Shown piece by piece: positions 11,805 through 24,520 of a DNA stretch of 64,000 nt; position 1 is the stretch's first letter, and every line of letters starts with the position of its first letter. Position numbers and translations under genes: made by a program. This DNA is from Podarcis filfolensis (lineage: Eukaryota), in the NCBI GenBank assembly GCA_964270895.1, contig OZ185443.1. The stretch is one strand, 5' to 3'. Under the pieces are notes generated by a model that was given only the letters and a program-made list of their open reading frames with translations, ran no database searches and was not told the DNA's origin.

Positions 11805-11849
11805 GCAGGCTTTTCTGCTTGAACAGAAAAGTCATTCAATCTGTACATG

Positions 11850-11948
11850 GCCACAAGCTTCCCATAGGCATTTTGTCAGCCTGTGTAGGGAACAGGATTC
11901 TAGACTAGAGACACCTGTGGTCTGATCCAGCAGTGCTCTTACTGTGTT
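11850..11948 (+). mobile_element. CR1 LINE 3' terminal fragment
   Basis: gcttcccataggcat...aacaggattctagactaga...tctgatccagcagtgctctt. Confidence 0.65.
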
Positions 11949-12252
11949 GTTATGGATCCCTTTAAACGTTCAGGGTAATAAGCTTTTTTGGGCAGCATCC
12001 TTGTTGTGCAGCTTCATCACCTAGTGTCTATATTCTATATGAGGGGAATGGTTTTGAATCGGCAAATGGCAGGAAGGAAATCCTCCCCCCTCCCCTTTTC
12101 TGCATTTCTAATTGTGGCCTCCAGCTGCTAGTGTTCATTTTTTTAAAAAAAAAAAAGTTCGGGGAAAGTTGCAGGATGAGAGAGAGTGACATAAGCAAAG
12201 GCATTCCAAAGCTTTGTAGTGCTGTGGGAAATAATAATGAACTGCCTCATAG

Positions 12253-12385
12253 AGTTGTCATAGAATTGTAGAGTTGGAAGGAACCATGAGGTTCATCTAG
12301 TCCAACCCCCTGGAATGCAGGAATCCTTTGGCCCAATGTGGGGCTCAAATCCACAACCTTGAGAACATGCTCTACTGACTGTGCC
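12253..12385 (-). mobile_element. tRNA-derived SINE with CR1-like tail
   Basis: tcatagaattgtagagttggaagg..tctagtccaaccccctg..tgcaggaat followed by a tRNA-like antisense head; partial copy at about 29497-29570. Confidence 0.6.
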
Positions 12386-13087
12386 TCAGGCAAATAAATT
12401 GCCAACTGGAAAGTAAAGCAGTTCACCCCTCCACTCAGAATTCAAAATATTCCTTAAAGCTTGCAGCGTAAAGACCACATTCAAATTGCCACTAAAGTCA
12501 GATGAAAAAGTGTTATTTTATTTGTTTAAAAATGTGCAAATGTGCTTGAATACTTTTTTAAGTTCTAAAAGATAATAATTTTGGCTTTGTTTATTGGGTG
12601 AACACAATCACCTGGCTATGGGTTATTTTTTGTTTGTTTTTAGTATCTAATATTGCAAAAGAGCTGGAGCCTAGTATTGTATGTAACTTCTTTAAAAGGT
12701 GCTGTGAAACTCTATAGCTGTATTTGTAAAATACCCCCGCCCTTTTCAAACTGGTCAGTGGGGGCATTATAGGCACAGTCTCAGGTTAACAGGCTTGAGT
12801 GTTCCTTTGCCGTTACCCTTTCATGTTCATAATACATTATGGCATCCGTGTGACAAGGTGCTTTTAAGCATGACACTGGGCTATTTAGTTTTACAGACCT
12901 GTGAAGTTCTGCATTTTTCTGATACTTTTGCTTTGCTCATCCAGTCATCAGTGTGTGGTGCAACCTGTAGCCTTGACACTTAGATGCTAAGTGAAAGAGT
13001 TTTTGTTCAGCTACATCTGCATCTGGAAAGTGATGCTTTGATACAGACCTTTGACTTTTCCAGGTATAAGGCCTTTATTAAATATCA

Positions 13088-13275
13088 GAACATAGGAAAC
13101 TGCCTAATTCTGATTCAGACTGTTGGTCCATATAACACCTTTGTCTATAATGACTGACAGTAGCTCTCTAGGGTTTGAGGTAGGAAACATTCCCAGACCT
13201 ACCCAGAGATGCTAGCAGTTGAACCTGACATCTTCTGAATGTCAGGCAGATGATCTACCACTGACCTATGTCATT
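13088..13275 (-). mobile_element. tRNA-derived SINE (Squam3-like), degenerate
   Basis: Reverse complement resembles the copies at 22833, 25881 and 60523. Confidence 0.65.
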
Positions 13276-16200
13276 TCCCCCCAATGAGTAACTAGTTAGA
13301 GGCAATGTAGGTACTCAACCTTTCACCCTTTTGTGACTGTTATCATCACCATTCCACAATGGAAATTGTTTATTTCTCTTTCACATATCCATGCTCATTA
13401 GTCATCTCATCCAACAATGAGTTGGCCAGCCAGGGCCCTGTTGCTTAAGAGACAAAGAAACGGAACACTGTGTAACATTGCTGCTGAGTAGGAGTGGCTC
13501 ACTTTGTTTACTCTACTTAGTATATACAGGTGTTGGTTTCTGAGACTGAAAGTGCATATGGAAGGGAAGATACTTCATGTTGACCTTGGAGAGGGTATGC
13601 ACCTGTTTTGAGTATGGTTAGCTGGTCTAAGGGAAAGATGCGTAGCTTATGTTCTATGTATGGGTGGGGATGTTGCTGGGCTAAACTCTCATCATTCCTG
13701 ACCACTGACCATGTTGACTGGGGCTGATGGTAATTGGTGTCCAACAATATCTGGAAGTCTACAGGTTCCGCACACCCATCTAATTGGCTATAAAGTAAGA
13801 AGTTTGCCCCAATTTGCACACACACCCATTAGATTAAGTTGCGATGTGATTCTGTGATTATCTAATGGGTCCAATATGCGATGAATCACACCAAATCTGT
13901 TTGCTGAATATATTTCTTTAGATATCTGCTCAAAGGATCGTCTTTGTTTTTCTTCTCCCTCTGGGTGTAATACTGTGTTCAGAGGAATGTTTGCTTTGAA
14001 TGGTAGCCCTTCTGGGAAGAAAAACAAAATCTTGTATAACTTTTTCAAGCATGAGATTAGTCAGAGATAATCAGAAAGCAACTTGTTTAAGGGAGCTTCC
14101 AGACTGTCAGTGCTTTGCAGGAGTGATTCAAGTGCATACTGACCTGGAGTGTTAGTTTTTTCTTGTTTGAAGTGGGATAAAGTGCTCTGTTGCCCTAGTG
14201 CAATAAATTCACTTTAAAAATTGACCTTTTTTGGTTAAGAAAGTGACAAGAAAATGCACTGAAAATTGTGAGATGGACAAATGGCTGACGTGTAATCACA
14301 CCACAAGCAAATCAGGATGAATGTAGGTTGAACATTCATTGTCATATAGCCACCCCATAAAAATTTCAGAACGAATGCTCAATAAACACTGGACATAGTC
14401 TAACCACCACGTAAACTATGTGTAAGCAAATTAGGATGAATACTGAATAAACAGGTTGCATGGAAGGAGCCCTAAGCAAAACCAGGTTAGCAGCAACATT
14501 GTTTAGAAAGAAGATATAAGTAACTTGTGCAGTTATTTAGCTGAGAAGGAATCAATGAGTTGTTGGTCAAACAAAGTCCAGGTCCAGCCTCTCTCCTTAG
14601 ATCAGCTGTCCCAAAGCTATGCTTTAGTTCAGGAGAGACGGGACCCAAAGGATTGCTAAGCAGCTCTGCTTGCCATCGTTTGGAGCTGCTTTCAGGCAAA
14701 GACAACTCTAATTGATCTATGCATAACTGTGAAATTCATTGGAGGCTTCTGAATTGGCTCCTAAGGGGACATCTCTGCAATCAGGTTCCTGCTTCAGCTA
14801 TGTTGGAACAATGCTTTAGAAGATGGCTCCTGATTAAAGATTAGCAACACAATGCTGGCTTACTCTGAGCAGCTTCTCCCTACTGGTTGCAAATACAACT
14901 TTGCAGGTTGGATACATATCCGGTTGTATTAATCCCTGCAAGTTCACTTATTTTTCCTGGTTAGTTTATGGACAATTCTGTGTTGTCTTTGTATCTCAGG
15001 TTGCAACACAGGAGCCAACTCCTAGGGGCCAAGGTAGCTTCACACACCCCCTAAAATATTTGAGGAGGGCACCGCATGCAAAGTTAATAGGCATCGCCAT
15101 TCAAACGGTATGCATGTGATAGATTATTCAGGGTGGGGCTTACCTGCCCTCCACCATATTTTATTCAAGTTGGCACCCCTGGGTTGCTACATTCTTTGCA
15201 TTTTAATCCATGGTCCATTGCCTACCATGTAGTCATAATGGTGTTTCGTTTTGTGTAATTGAATTTTCTCCAGACGCTGACAAATATGAAGAATCTTGAC
15301 ATTCCACAGCAGCTGTGGTGCAAGGTGGATATGTATGTCACAGGGACAGGGAATCCTTTTAAGCCTGAGGGCTATCATTTCCTTGTGGATAACCTTCTGG
15401 AGGCCAGTGGAAAAATTGAGCAGAGCAACATATGTGATTTTTACCTTTGTATAGTAGGGTACAATCCATACAAGCAAAAGTCAGAATTTCCACAAACACA
15501 CACACACACATCTCCATCTTCCACTCAGGGAGGCAAGAGGCATTATGACAATTCAATAACACATTCTAGTCAGGCAAAGGCACTCAAGAAAGATGTGAAG
15601 CAGGGCAAATGAGGGATATGATGACCTGGCAAGGCAGCATGGCCTGCAGAGAGTCCTGAGGGCCGTATAAAGAGGTCTGGAGAGCCTGAGGTTCCCCACG
15701 TCTGATAAGTCAGCTCAATTGAATTTAGTACTGCATGATTGTTTCTGTTCCTATTCAATTCTGAATTAGGGGGAATTGTGCTTGGTCTTTTGCAGTGAAT
15801 TCCAAAGTACTGTCTATTCGAGAATTGTAGTTAGATGCCTTGATGTTATTTTTAGAATTTTTTCTTTTTTGTTCTTGCCTACACCCACTTTCCAACTAAC
15901 TTAAATTGCATCCTGCCTGCAACATATATAAACATTTTATTGGGGGGGGGCGGAAAGTGGAGTGATGTAACATCAAGAAAACAAGTAAAAAGAGAGAGAG
16001 GGAAATCTGCTATTGATTTTTTGCATGAGATGGAGATGGGAGTCTTTATATGCGAAACTGCCTTCCATATATGGTATTCCTGTACCATCAGAGAAAAACT
16101 GTGAGAATACTATTGGACTGGATAGCTAGGTACTCCCTTCATCATGTTCACCTCACCTTTTAGGTGATGAGCTCTGACATCAGAAGGTCCCAGGCTCAGT

Positions 16201-17769
16201 CTCCGGCTTCTCCAGTTGAAGGGATCTCTAGCAGCTGGGGCTGAGAGAGACCTCTGCCTAAGACCCTGAAGAGCCACTAGTCTTAGGTGAACTAATGGTC
16301 TGAACTGGTAGAATGTGGGGGGGGGGCAGTGGAACACAAGATTCTAATGATTCTTCTTTTTTAACCCTTGAGACCATTGGTTCCCAAACCATTTTTTCCC
16401 ATGGACATTTTCAGATATAGCTTTCTAGAGCAAAAATAGTCAAGTGTTGTCCCTTGAGTCTGAGATAATGCTAGCATGTTGCTTCTAGTAGAACCTGGGC
16501 AAGGTTCTCTCTTACAGGAGCGGTATAGGGTTTTGTGCATGAGTTAGGTTGCCACCATGTCTGCTGGGACAGAAGAAGAATTGTTTTAAAAACATCAGCT
16601 CATAAATAAAGGCACAGACAGGCCTGCAATCCTTCAAAATACTAGCAGGAAGATTTTCAGGTTACCCTATCCTAGAGATTCCTAGACCTTTATTTGTTTT
16701 AAACGTGCAACCCCACCCTGCATATTTAACAAACAGCAAGCCAGTTTATAAAAATATTTAGAAATGCAAAAGGCCTAATAGTGCTTGTTTCTTGTTGCAG
16801 TATAATTATTGGGTCTGATAATATAAGTATTAGAATAATACAGATCATGTTCTTAAAAGTGCTTGAAAGTTCATTTTGTTTTCATATTGCCAATATTATA
16901 TCTAAAATGCCACTGTCTTAATTCACTTTGCAAACCTTGGCATGCTTATGCTGGCTATTGCAAGAAGCACTTTTGTGGTTTATCAACTCAGTTTTGACTT
17001 GTTTTTGTTGAGTTTTGTTTGCTAACCACTATTTAGGAAACAGTGTCAGAAATAAATTCTTTGTAACACCCAGTGTGCCATAATGGTTCTTGACTGTGGT
17101 ATGGCGTGTGTCTACCTTGGCAAGTATTAGAAGAGGCTATATTTTTTGAACTAAGGACTGAAGAATCAGCACCATTTTTCATAGGGGAAAAGAGGCACTG
17201 GCTTGCAAGGGTGATATGCGTGGGGGAGGGATGTCTCTTGTGTGATGTCGCAACGTCTAATATGTGAGCATTGCTCCTTCTTTCCAAAGCCGGGCAGAAG
17301 CTTTCCAGACTTTGGGAAGGTGGTGCAGGCCTCTGAGAGGATGCTACATCCCTGCTGTCTCCTTCCCAAAGCTGGGTGGGCTTTGGGAAGGTGGCATAAA
17401 GGCTCTTGGACCCTTTAAGGAACTAGCCTAGCCCCCCTAGTCCACTGACCGCACACCACTGTTGGCTACACTCCTGTATGACACAAATCTTTGCTGTTCC
17501 CTGTTAGGCACATCAGCACTGGTTTTCCACAGTGCCCTCAACTTTTTATACACCTCAGTGATGTCTGAACTAAGGCAGCCAGCCAAAGTGCACAAATAGA
17601 AAACGTTGTTGTTTTTAAAGGGGGCAGAAGGGGAAAGAGCTCTTTCTGGGTGTCTTATGCAGAAGAAAGCAGCTTTTGTGCTATATTGAGAGCCTTTTGT
17701 ATGGAGGTTAAATTGGAAGGGGGGAAATTCAGAGGCTGAAATGAGCCCAGAGACCCCCAGTCGGCTATT

Positions 17770-18125
17770 CATTTTTTAAATACACTTTTATAATCTTTTT
17801 TTAAAAAATAATATAAACCACTCATTCATTCAAACATGGATTCTCCCAAAACATCAATGTGGTATTTTTAAAGAAAAAACCAATAAAAATAAAAAAACAA
17901 TATAATATCTGAGAGGTAATACATCAAATCTATTCCACCAGCTAAAACAATACAGTAAATAGCTTGGGCAATTAATTGGGTACCAAAAAGAAACACTGAG
18001 ACTACTTGTCTTACCTCCTTCTGGAGGGTATTCCAAAGTCAATCGCCAAAAAGGCCCTCTCCTTCCTAACACACCTTTCCTAGAGATAGAACTTGGAAAA
18101 GGACCTAATTTGAAGGTCTTCATGT
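17770..18125 (-). mobile_element. Probable LINE (L1-like) 3' fragment; similar A-rich stretches at about 780-1060 and 53205-53420
   Basis: T-rich start followed by strongly A-biased sequence; family assignment is by general appearance only. Confidence 0.35.
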
Positions 18126-18280
18126 GAGAGGCAGGTAGATATGGGGTGGGGGGAGGTGTTCAAGTGATTTAGCCCTTCAAAGGTACTTCAAGTACTTGGA
18201 ACTGAGCTTGAGAACAAAACGACATCCAATGTACTATAATTCCTTCAGTATATATGCTGCATAGCTCCCATTTAGACCAA

Positions 18281-18520
18281 GGTGGTCCAACTTTTCATAC
18301 CAAGGGGGCTGCAAGATTACTTTGACACAGAACCTGTGGGCTGCATACTGCCTTGTCATGTGTGCACGCATAGTGGTGGTCGTGGGAGAGCAAGCCCTAC
18401 ATCCTAGTCCTCCTGTTGTATTCCCAAAGCTGGCTGAGTGAGGCAATGGGCTTTGGGAAGGAGGTGTGAGGCTCTGGCAGGGTCCAAGAACCCTCCCACC
18501 ACCTTCCTAAAACTAGGAAC
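18281..18520. mobile_element. Truncated copy of the 7766-type hAT element; related motifs at about 17270-17410
   Basis: ccaaggtggtccaacttttcataccaag..gcaagattactttgacacaga matches the 5' end of the 7766 element; CTTTGGGAAGG motifs. Confidence 0.65.
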
Positions 18521-18559
18521 TCTGGCAGCAAAATTCCACATTAATTGCAGCTTCTTAAC

Positions 18560-18872
18560 CGGGTGGCGCTGTGGGTTAAACCACAGAGCCTAGGACTTGC
18601 TTATCAGAAGGTTGGCGGTTTGAATCCCCATGACGGGGTGAGCTCCCATTGCTCGGTCCCTGCTCCTGCCAACCTAGCAGTTTGAAAGCACATCAAAGTG
18701 CAAGTAGATAAATAGGTACCACTCCGGCAGGAAGGTAAACGGCATTTCCGTGCGCTGCTCTGGTTCGCCAGAAGTGGCTTAGTCATGCTGGCCACATGAC
18801 CCGGAAGCTGTACGCTGGCTCCCTCGGCCAATAAAGCGAGATGAGCGCCCAACCCCTTTACCTTTACCTTTA
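18560..18872 (+). mobile_element. Sauria SINE with an internal 3' deletion
   Basis: gggtggcgctgtgggttaaaccacagagcc...(ccttta)n tail; the segment gagtcggtcacg..ggt is missing. Confidence 0.93.
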
Positions 18873-19177
18873 ACCATTTTTAAGGGCAGCCCCACATGAT
18901 TCTACTTGGAGGTTACCAAAGCATGGATTGCTGCAGCCAGGCTATCCTAGTTGAAGAAATGTCCAGCTAACAAACCAGCATAAGCTGGCTAAAGGTGTTC
19001 TGAGCCACTAAAGTCTCTAGTGACAATACTGGTTCAATAAGCATCCCTAAGCTGCATTTCTGCTCCTTCAGGAGGGAACGCAAGCTCATTCAGCACATGC
19101 ACAGCCCATTTCTGATCCCAGGAATGATCAATTCACAGTGTATTCATCTTATCAGGATTCATCTTTAGTTACTGGCC

Positions 19178-19292
19178 AGTTTTTGTTGCAGTCCATGGGA
19201 CTCTCAAGAGTCTCCTCCAGCACCATAATTGAAAAGCATCAATTCTTCAGCAACCAGCCTTCTTTATGGTCCAGCTCTCACTTCCATACTGG
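19178..19292 (-). mobile_element. Bov-B (RTE) LINE internal fragment
   Basis: gcagtccatgggactctcaagagtctcctccagcaccataa..aagcatcaattctt..ttctttatggtccagctctcacttccatac (recalled Bov-B antisense). Confidence 0.75.
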
Positions 19293-22003
19293 CCAGTTAC
19301 TGAGCCCAAACAGCAGTTCAGCACCTCCTAATGCATGGTGGTGACAAAAGTTCCCATAAATGCTCATCTTTGAAAATGTTGCTTGCTCAGTACTGTTTTT
19401 GACTCCCCCCCCCCTTTGTTTCTAAAGTATTTGTAAGTAACAGTAAAACTAATATGGTTTTCTTCCCAGAAAACGGAGGCGTGTAGTTATAGATAATCTG
19501 AATCTGGGTATCCAATTTGCGTCTTTTGAAAAAGGAGAGATGATGGCCGTTTGAGCTATCACCCTTGGAAGCCAGCTCCTATACCTTAATGAGAATCCAT
19601 ACAGCTTTTATTACTTGGCCACAAATAATGGGCCTAATGATTGTTGGCTTCAAAACACCTATGAGTAGCACTGCTTTCTCTCTCCTGCCTGTGCACTGTC
19701 TCCCTCTTGCAAAATATAAGACAAGGCCAAAGCTTAAATTAAAATCCTCAGGTTCTTATCTCCTTCCCACAGGAAAGCAAATCTGTGTTGAAAACCGTAA
19801 AATTAAGAGGAGAGCAAGGATAGCATAATTTAGCAAAAATTCATGGCAGAAGATTCTGAGCCTATATGACTGGAGGGATAGGTCAGACATTAAGATGATA
19901 CCACTTGCTAAAGCAGGCTCCTTAAGGTGGTGCTCTGAAAACAAGGGAAAGTATGCGGGGGGGGGGGGGAGGAAACACACAAAGAAAAAAATATGACTCT
20001 GGCTTTGTGTTCGTTCGTTCTAAACTAGAAAGGCTTATTATACACAGACACTTCTCCTGCGCTGTATTTTTAAATATGGGCCAACAAATTCTGATCATAT
20101 TAGCATTCGACTAAATCTGGATCAGTTTCCTCTTTCCTTAGCTCCCAATATTTTACATTATTTGAAGTTCTTTTTAAGCCGTATCTGCATTTTGATCTGA
20201 ACCCTCCCTTCCCTGTACAACCATCCGTCGTGATCTTAAATTTATGAGCAAAAAAATATTGCTTAAGGGGGATCCAGTAGGAGTCTCGTAAAAATACGCT
20301 AAGGTTTCTTTCTTGATAGCATAGCGCCCATCTACAGAAAAAGAGAAAATTAAACTACAGAACATGGTGTAATAATGCAAATGAGTCTCAAACATTTTCT
20401 GTGTTTTGCATAGACTTAGCCTGTGGGGAGAAAATTAGGAATTATTCTGGTAACTCCAGCATTTTTTTCAGCTTGAGGGGATTTCTGCATGTAGTAGTGG
20501 GATATCTTGATTTTTTTATTTAAAAAATGCTTTGCTAATTTCTAGCAAATACTGGATACAGTTTTGTTATATGAGCTTTGTTTTACCTTAACATCCAGGG
20601 TAGCACTACTCTGATAGAAATGACTATGATTCAGTAAAGTGGTGGTGGTGGTTTTTTAGCACACTTCCATTATTATTCTTTTTGTTTGATATTAAATAGA
20701 CTCCCCCCCCCCCACTGCAGCATTGTAGTATCACTTTCAGAGTAACCTAACTTTGGGGTTACTTGCAATTTGGGAGTGGGATGGTCTAAATGAAAATGAA
20801 GCAGTATTGGGTATCTTCATATCTACCATCAGAATACACTGATGAAATTGTACTGTACGACTTGATAAAATATGATGTCTTGGGAAGAAGATGCACTCAG
20901 TGAGATTGCAGTGAGAAGAGGGCTTGCCTTGGAGAGTAGGTCAATGAGGGATGGTGGTGGCCAGATTAAATGTAGAGAGGCAGTAGTGAATATTACTTTA
21001 CCAGCGCTATAGAAGTCTGCCTTTCATAGTATGTTATCAAAATAACAATAATATACATGTCTTTAACAATTTTTTAAAAAAGCTTGGTACAGATTATCCT
21101 TCGGCACTGGAAACATAAAATAAGGTGATGACAGACACCAGCATTGCATCTGTATCAAGGGTGGGGTACATGTGACCATCCAGATGTTTCTGTACTCTCA
21201 ATTCCCATCCGCCCCAGCTAACATGACCATTAGCCAGGGATGATGGGAGTTGTAGTCCTGACAACATTTGACGGACTACAGGCTCCCCACCCCTGATCTC
21301 TATGAATGATTCCAATGAGACTTAAGCATTTCCATGTTTAATGCTGAAAATGTCATGGCAGAGCCCAGATGGAAAATAATGGGTGTGCTAACCTGACAGT
21401 CACACTATTTACACCAGTTGTTGTTTACTGCTAGATCCCTGGCTGCATCTCTGCCATTTTTACATAATACATCAATTAATACATATTCCCAAAGAAGGTG
21501 GACAGCTACTCGTACCTGCCCTTTTGAACTGTAGTGGATAATGTGCCCATCCTGCTGTTTGGTGGCTTCCCACCTCCCCACCTGGTGATGAGAATATTGC
21601 TATGTGTATGACTTCTGACCAATCGCAATGAATGCTGCCCCAGCAGCCATTAGTTATAGCTAGCACACCTTGCGTTTTCAGTCCCAGGTAGATTGCAAAA
21701 CCAGAAGGTATGTCAAACCCCTGGCAAGTCACCTTAAAAGGCTAGTGGAGTAAATGTTGTGCGGATCCGGGTGGAGTAAAGAGATTGTGGAAAACTTGCC
21801 TAGTCCAATAACCTGAAAGTGTGCTCTTTGTGCGTGGGTGGGTGTTGTTTAAACTGCCACCTTTATGTACATTTAACTGCTTGGTTATTTAAAAGCTAGG
21901 CAAGTAAACATGCAAAAAAAAAAACCCTCACAAAAACGTGACAAGCCCTATTTAAAATAAAATAAAAAATCGCTACCAATGCTTTTTTGTTTTTTGTTTG
22001 CAG

Positions 22004-22136
22004 TCCAACAAAGTACCGGTGGTGCAGCCTTCCCATGCAGTCCACCCTCTCACCCCACTTATCACCTACAGTGATGAGCACTTTTCTCCAGGGACGCATC
22101 CATCACACCTCCCCTCAGACGTCAACTCAAAACAAG
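22004..22136 (+). CDS. LEF1: LEF1 exon 4 (133 nt): [44 protein letters not shown](G)
   Basis: Acceptor ttttgtttgcag|TCCAAC; donor AACAAG|gtgaga; phase 0 to 1. Confidence 0.98.
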
Positions 22137-22832
22137 GTGAGAGGCCTTAATTTATTTGCAGCCGTTCGGCAGAATAGCCAACCACGTTTTGCCCTTAGCT
22201 CAGGGATGCTAAAGGCAACAATTATTCCGTCCTAAAATATATCTTCATCAAGGAGCCAAATGCCTAGGTTTTCCTGGTTCACTTTTGTGGAAATAACCGC
22301 AACTGAAGTCCTTGGCGCCCCCTGCCATTTTGCCAGTGTAGTACATAAGTTCTAAATTACCAGTGCATTAGAAGGTACTTTCCCCCAAATTGGCTTCCGA
22401 TAGGTGAAAGGCGGATGCTATGAACCTTTCTTAATGACTAACCAAATTCTGTTTTAAAGTTTAGATTAGGCTTCCTTTAGAGGAAACAAAGAGGCTGTTC
22501 AACCTGAAGCTTTCCCTTTAATCCAGCTTTTTCATCTGTATTTGAATAAATAATAGCCATTTCTTACTTGGTTGGTTGGTTTTCTGAAAGTTTAGCTTGG
22601 ACACTAATCTTAATTTCAAATATTACCACAGAATCGTAAGTGCTGTTTATGGTGTGCTTTCAGAATATGAAAGTGATCTTGCATTATTATGTGTGTGTTT
22701 GCTTTCGGTTACCTGAATTTTTAACTTTGCTTCGTAATAAAAATTTCATGTGTGTGTGCTTTTTCCTTTAAAGAAGAATTCCCCAAGTTTTTCTTACAGT
22801 AATATATAAAGTTTCTAATGGATAAAAATGTA

Positions 22833-23032
22833 GAGGCTGTATGTGCCTAGTTGAGTGGTGGAGCATTTGCTTTGTGTCCAGAAGGTCTCATTTTCAATCT
22901 TCAGCATCTCCAGGTGGGGCCAGAAGGGTCCTCTGTCTGAAACACTGAGCAGTCACAGCCAGCCACTGTAGACAGAATTGAGCTGGACAGACCAATGACT
23001 GACTCCATATAAGGCAGCTTCTGTTGTTCCTA
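22833..23032 (+). mobile_element. tRNA-derived SINE (Squam3-like)
   Basis: gagtggtggagcatttgcttt..cagaaggtc..catctccaggt..gaaacactgagcag..gactccatataaggcagctt. Confidence 0.75.
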
Positions 23033-23875
23033 TATTTTATTGCCTAGACTGCTGGAGCGTAGTTGTTGCTCCTTTGAATTTTGGAGTGCAAGAGACAGCT
23101 TAGCTGGCTTCGGGAGTGGCCACTGCATTGATAGGCCACTCTGCAATCGTTGCTGGTGATATCTACTGTTGCAATTGCTTAGAATCTAGTAGAATATACA
23201 TAGGTTAGAGAGGTTGTGACAGTTTAGGCTTGGTAGACCATGCTATGTTCGGCAGTGCCGTTTCTGAAAACAACTGAAAAATCTATGGTGAGAGGGAAGA
23301 AGGACCTAGAAATAAGGTGCTGTTGGCTTTTTCATGTCTCCTAGCCAATGTTGTGTCCCATGATGTGGTCCTGTCCAAACATGCCATTTTGGAAAGAAGT
23401 GACCAGCCACATAAATGTGGTTTTGGACATATCCCCGATCCTCTCAGATGTCGACATGTTGCTGAATTATATACCAACCCATTGGAATTTAACCAAACAG
23501 CAATGAGATTGGCTGTTGCATGCACTTGCAGTGGCTAAATGCTTAACTGGAAGGAAACTTCTTCTCTCCCTCCTCTCTATGATACAATGGACAGAAAATA
23601 TGATCCAACTGGCTGTTTATCAGAAAGAGCCTTTCGTTAGCAGGAAAATGATGGGAAATACTCAGTTATATGGACCCTCTACACAGACTTGTTTGCATAA
23701 ACAATGGATGCTGGGCAAGTTTGGGATGATAATCTAATTCTCTCTCCCCTCTCTTCGCATTGGTACATAATGATTGCTCATTGTAAACTTCTTTAATTAT
23801 AAATGTTCCTTGTATTTGTGAAATTTGTATTTGTCCCCATTCTGTATATAAAATATTCACACACATAAAAGAAGG

Positions 23876-24104
23876 AAAGGTAAAGGTACCCCTGACCGTT
23901 AGGTCCAGTCGCGGACGACTCTGGGGTTGCAGTGTTCATCTCACTCTATAGGCCAAGGGAGCCAGCATTTGTCCTCAGACAGCTTCCGGGTCATGTGGCC
24001 AGCATGACTAAGCCGCTTCTGGTGAACCAGAGCAGCACATGGAAACGCTGTTTACCTTCCCGCCGGAGCAGTACCTATTTATCTACTTGCACTTTGATGT
24101 GCTT
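23876..24104 (-). mobile_element. Sauria SINE, 5'-truncated
   Basis: aaaggtaaagg tail plus body up to gcactttgatgtgc. Confidence 0.92.
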
Positions 24105-24394
24105 GACATTGTCTTGTGTCTCTGGGCAATGCTCCATAGTCTAGCACGCAGTTTAGCAACATGTGTGGTGAGGGAAGAATGGTGTGGCAAGACCGACCCC
24201 ATCTCCTTGGCCTAGACATTGTCGCCAGTTCTGTTTCTGAATCTGGGGAAACAGAGGAGCACTTCCCTTTATCAAGGGTAAAAGAGCCAGAACAGCCACT
24301 GTTTTTCTCATGTCTCGTGTGTTTTTAGATTTTGAGCTTGAGAGTAGGGACCATCTTAGAACTGATTCTTGAAAGCTGCTCTGAGAGCTTTTCT

Positions 24395-24520
24395 TGTTAT
24401 TAATTGATTGATTAATATACCACCCTACATCCAAAGATCTCAGGACAGTTCCCAAGATAAAAAATACAGGATAAAAACACAACATAAATAGTTAAAACAA
24501 AAAAACAAAACAATAACAGA
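24395..24520 (-). mobile_element. L2-like LINE 3' tail
   Basis: ttattaattgattgattaatataccaccct...caggacagttcc followed by A-rich sequence. Confidence 0.45.

Noticed and set aside
15000-15033. 34-nt AG...GT segment in intron 3
   Set aside because: Not a multiple of three, weak donor, no other support.
20179-20250. PYLHFDLNPP... after tttttaag, reminiscent of TCF exon IVa
   Set aside because: In-frame stop after 22 codons and no usable donor.
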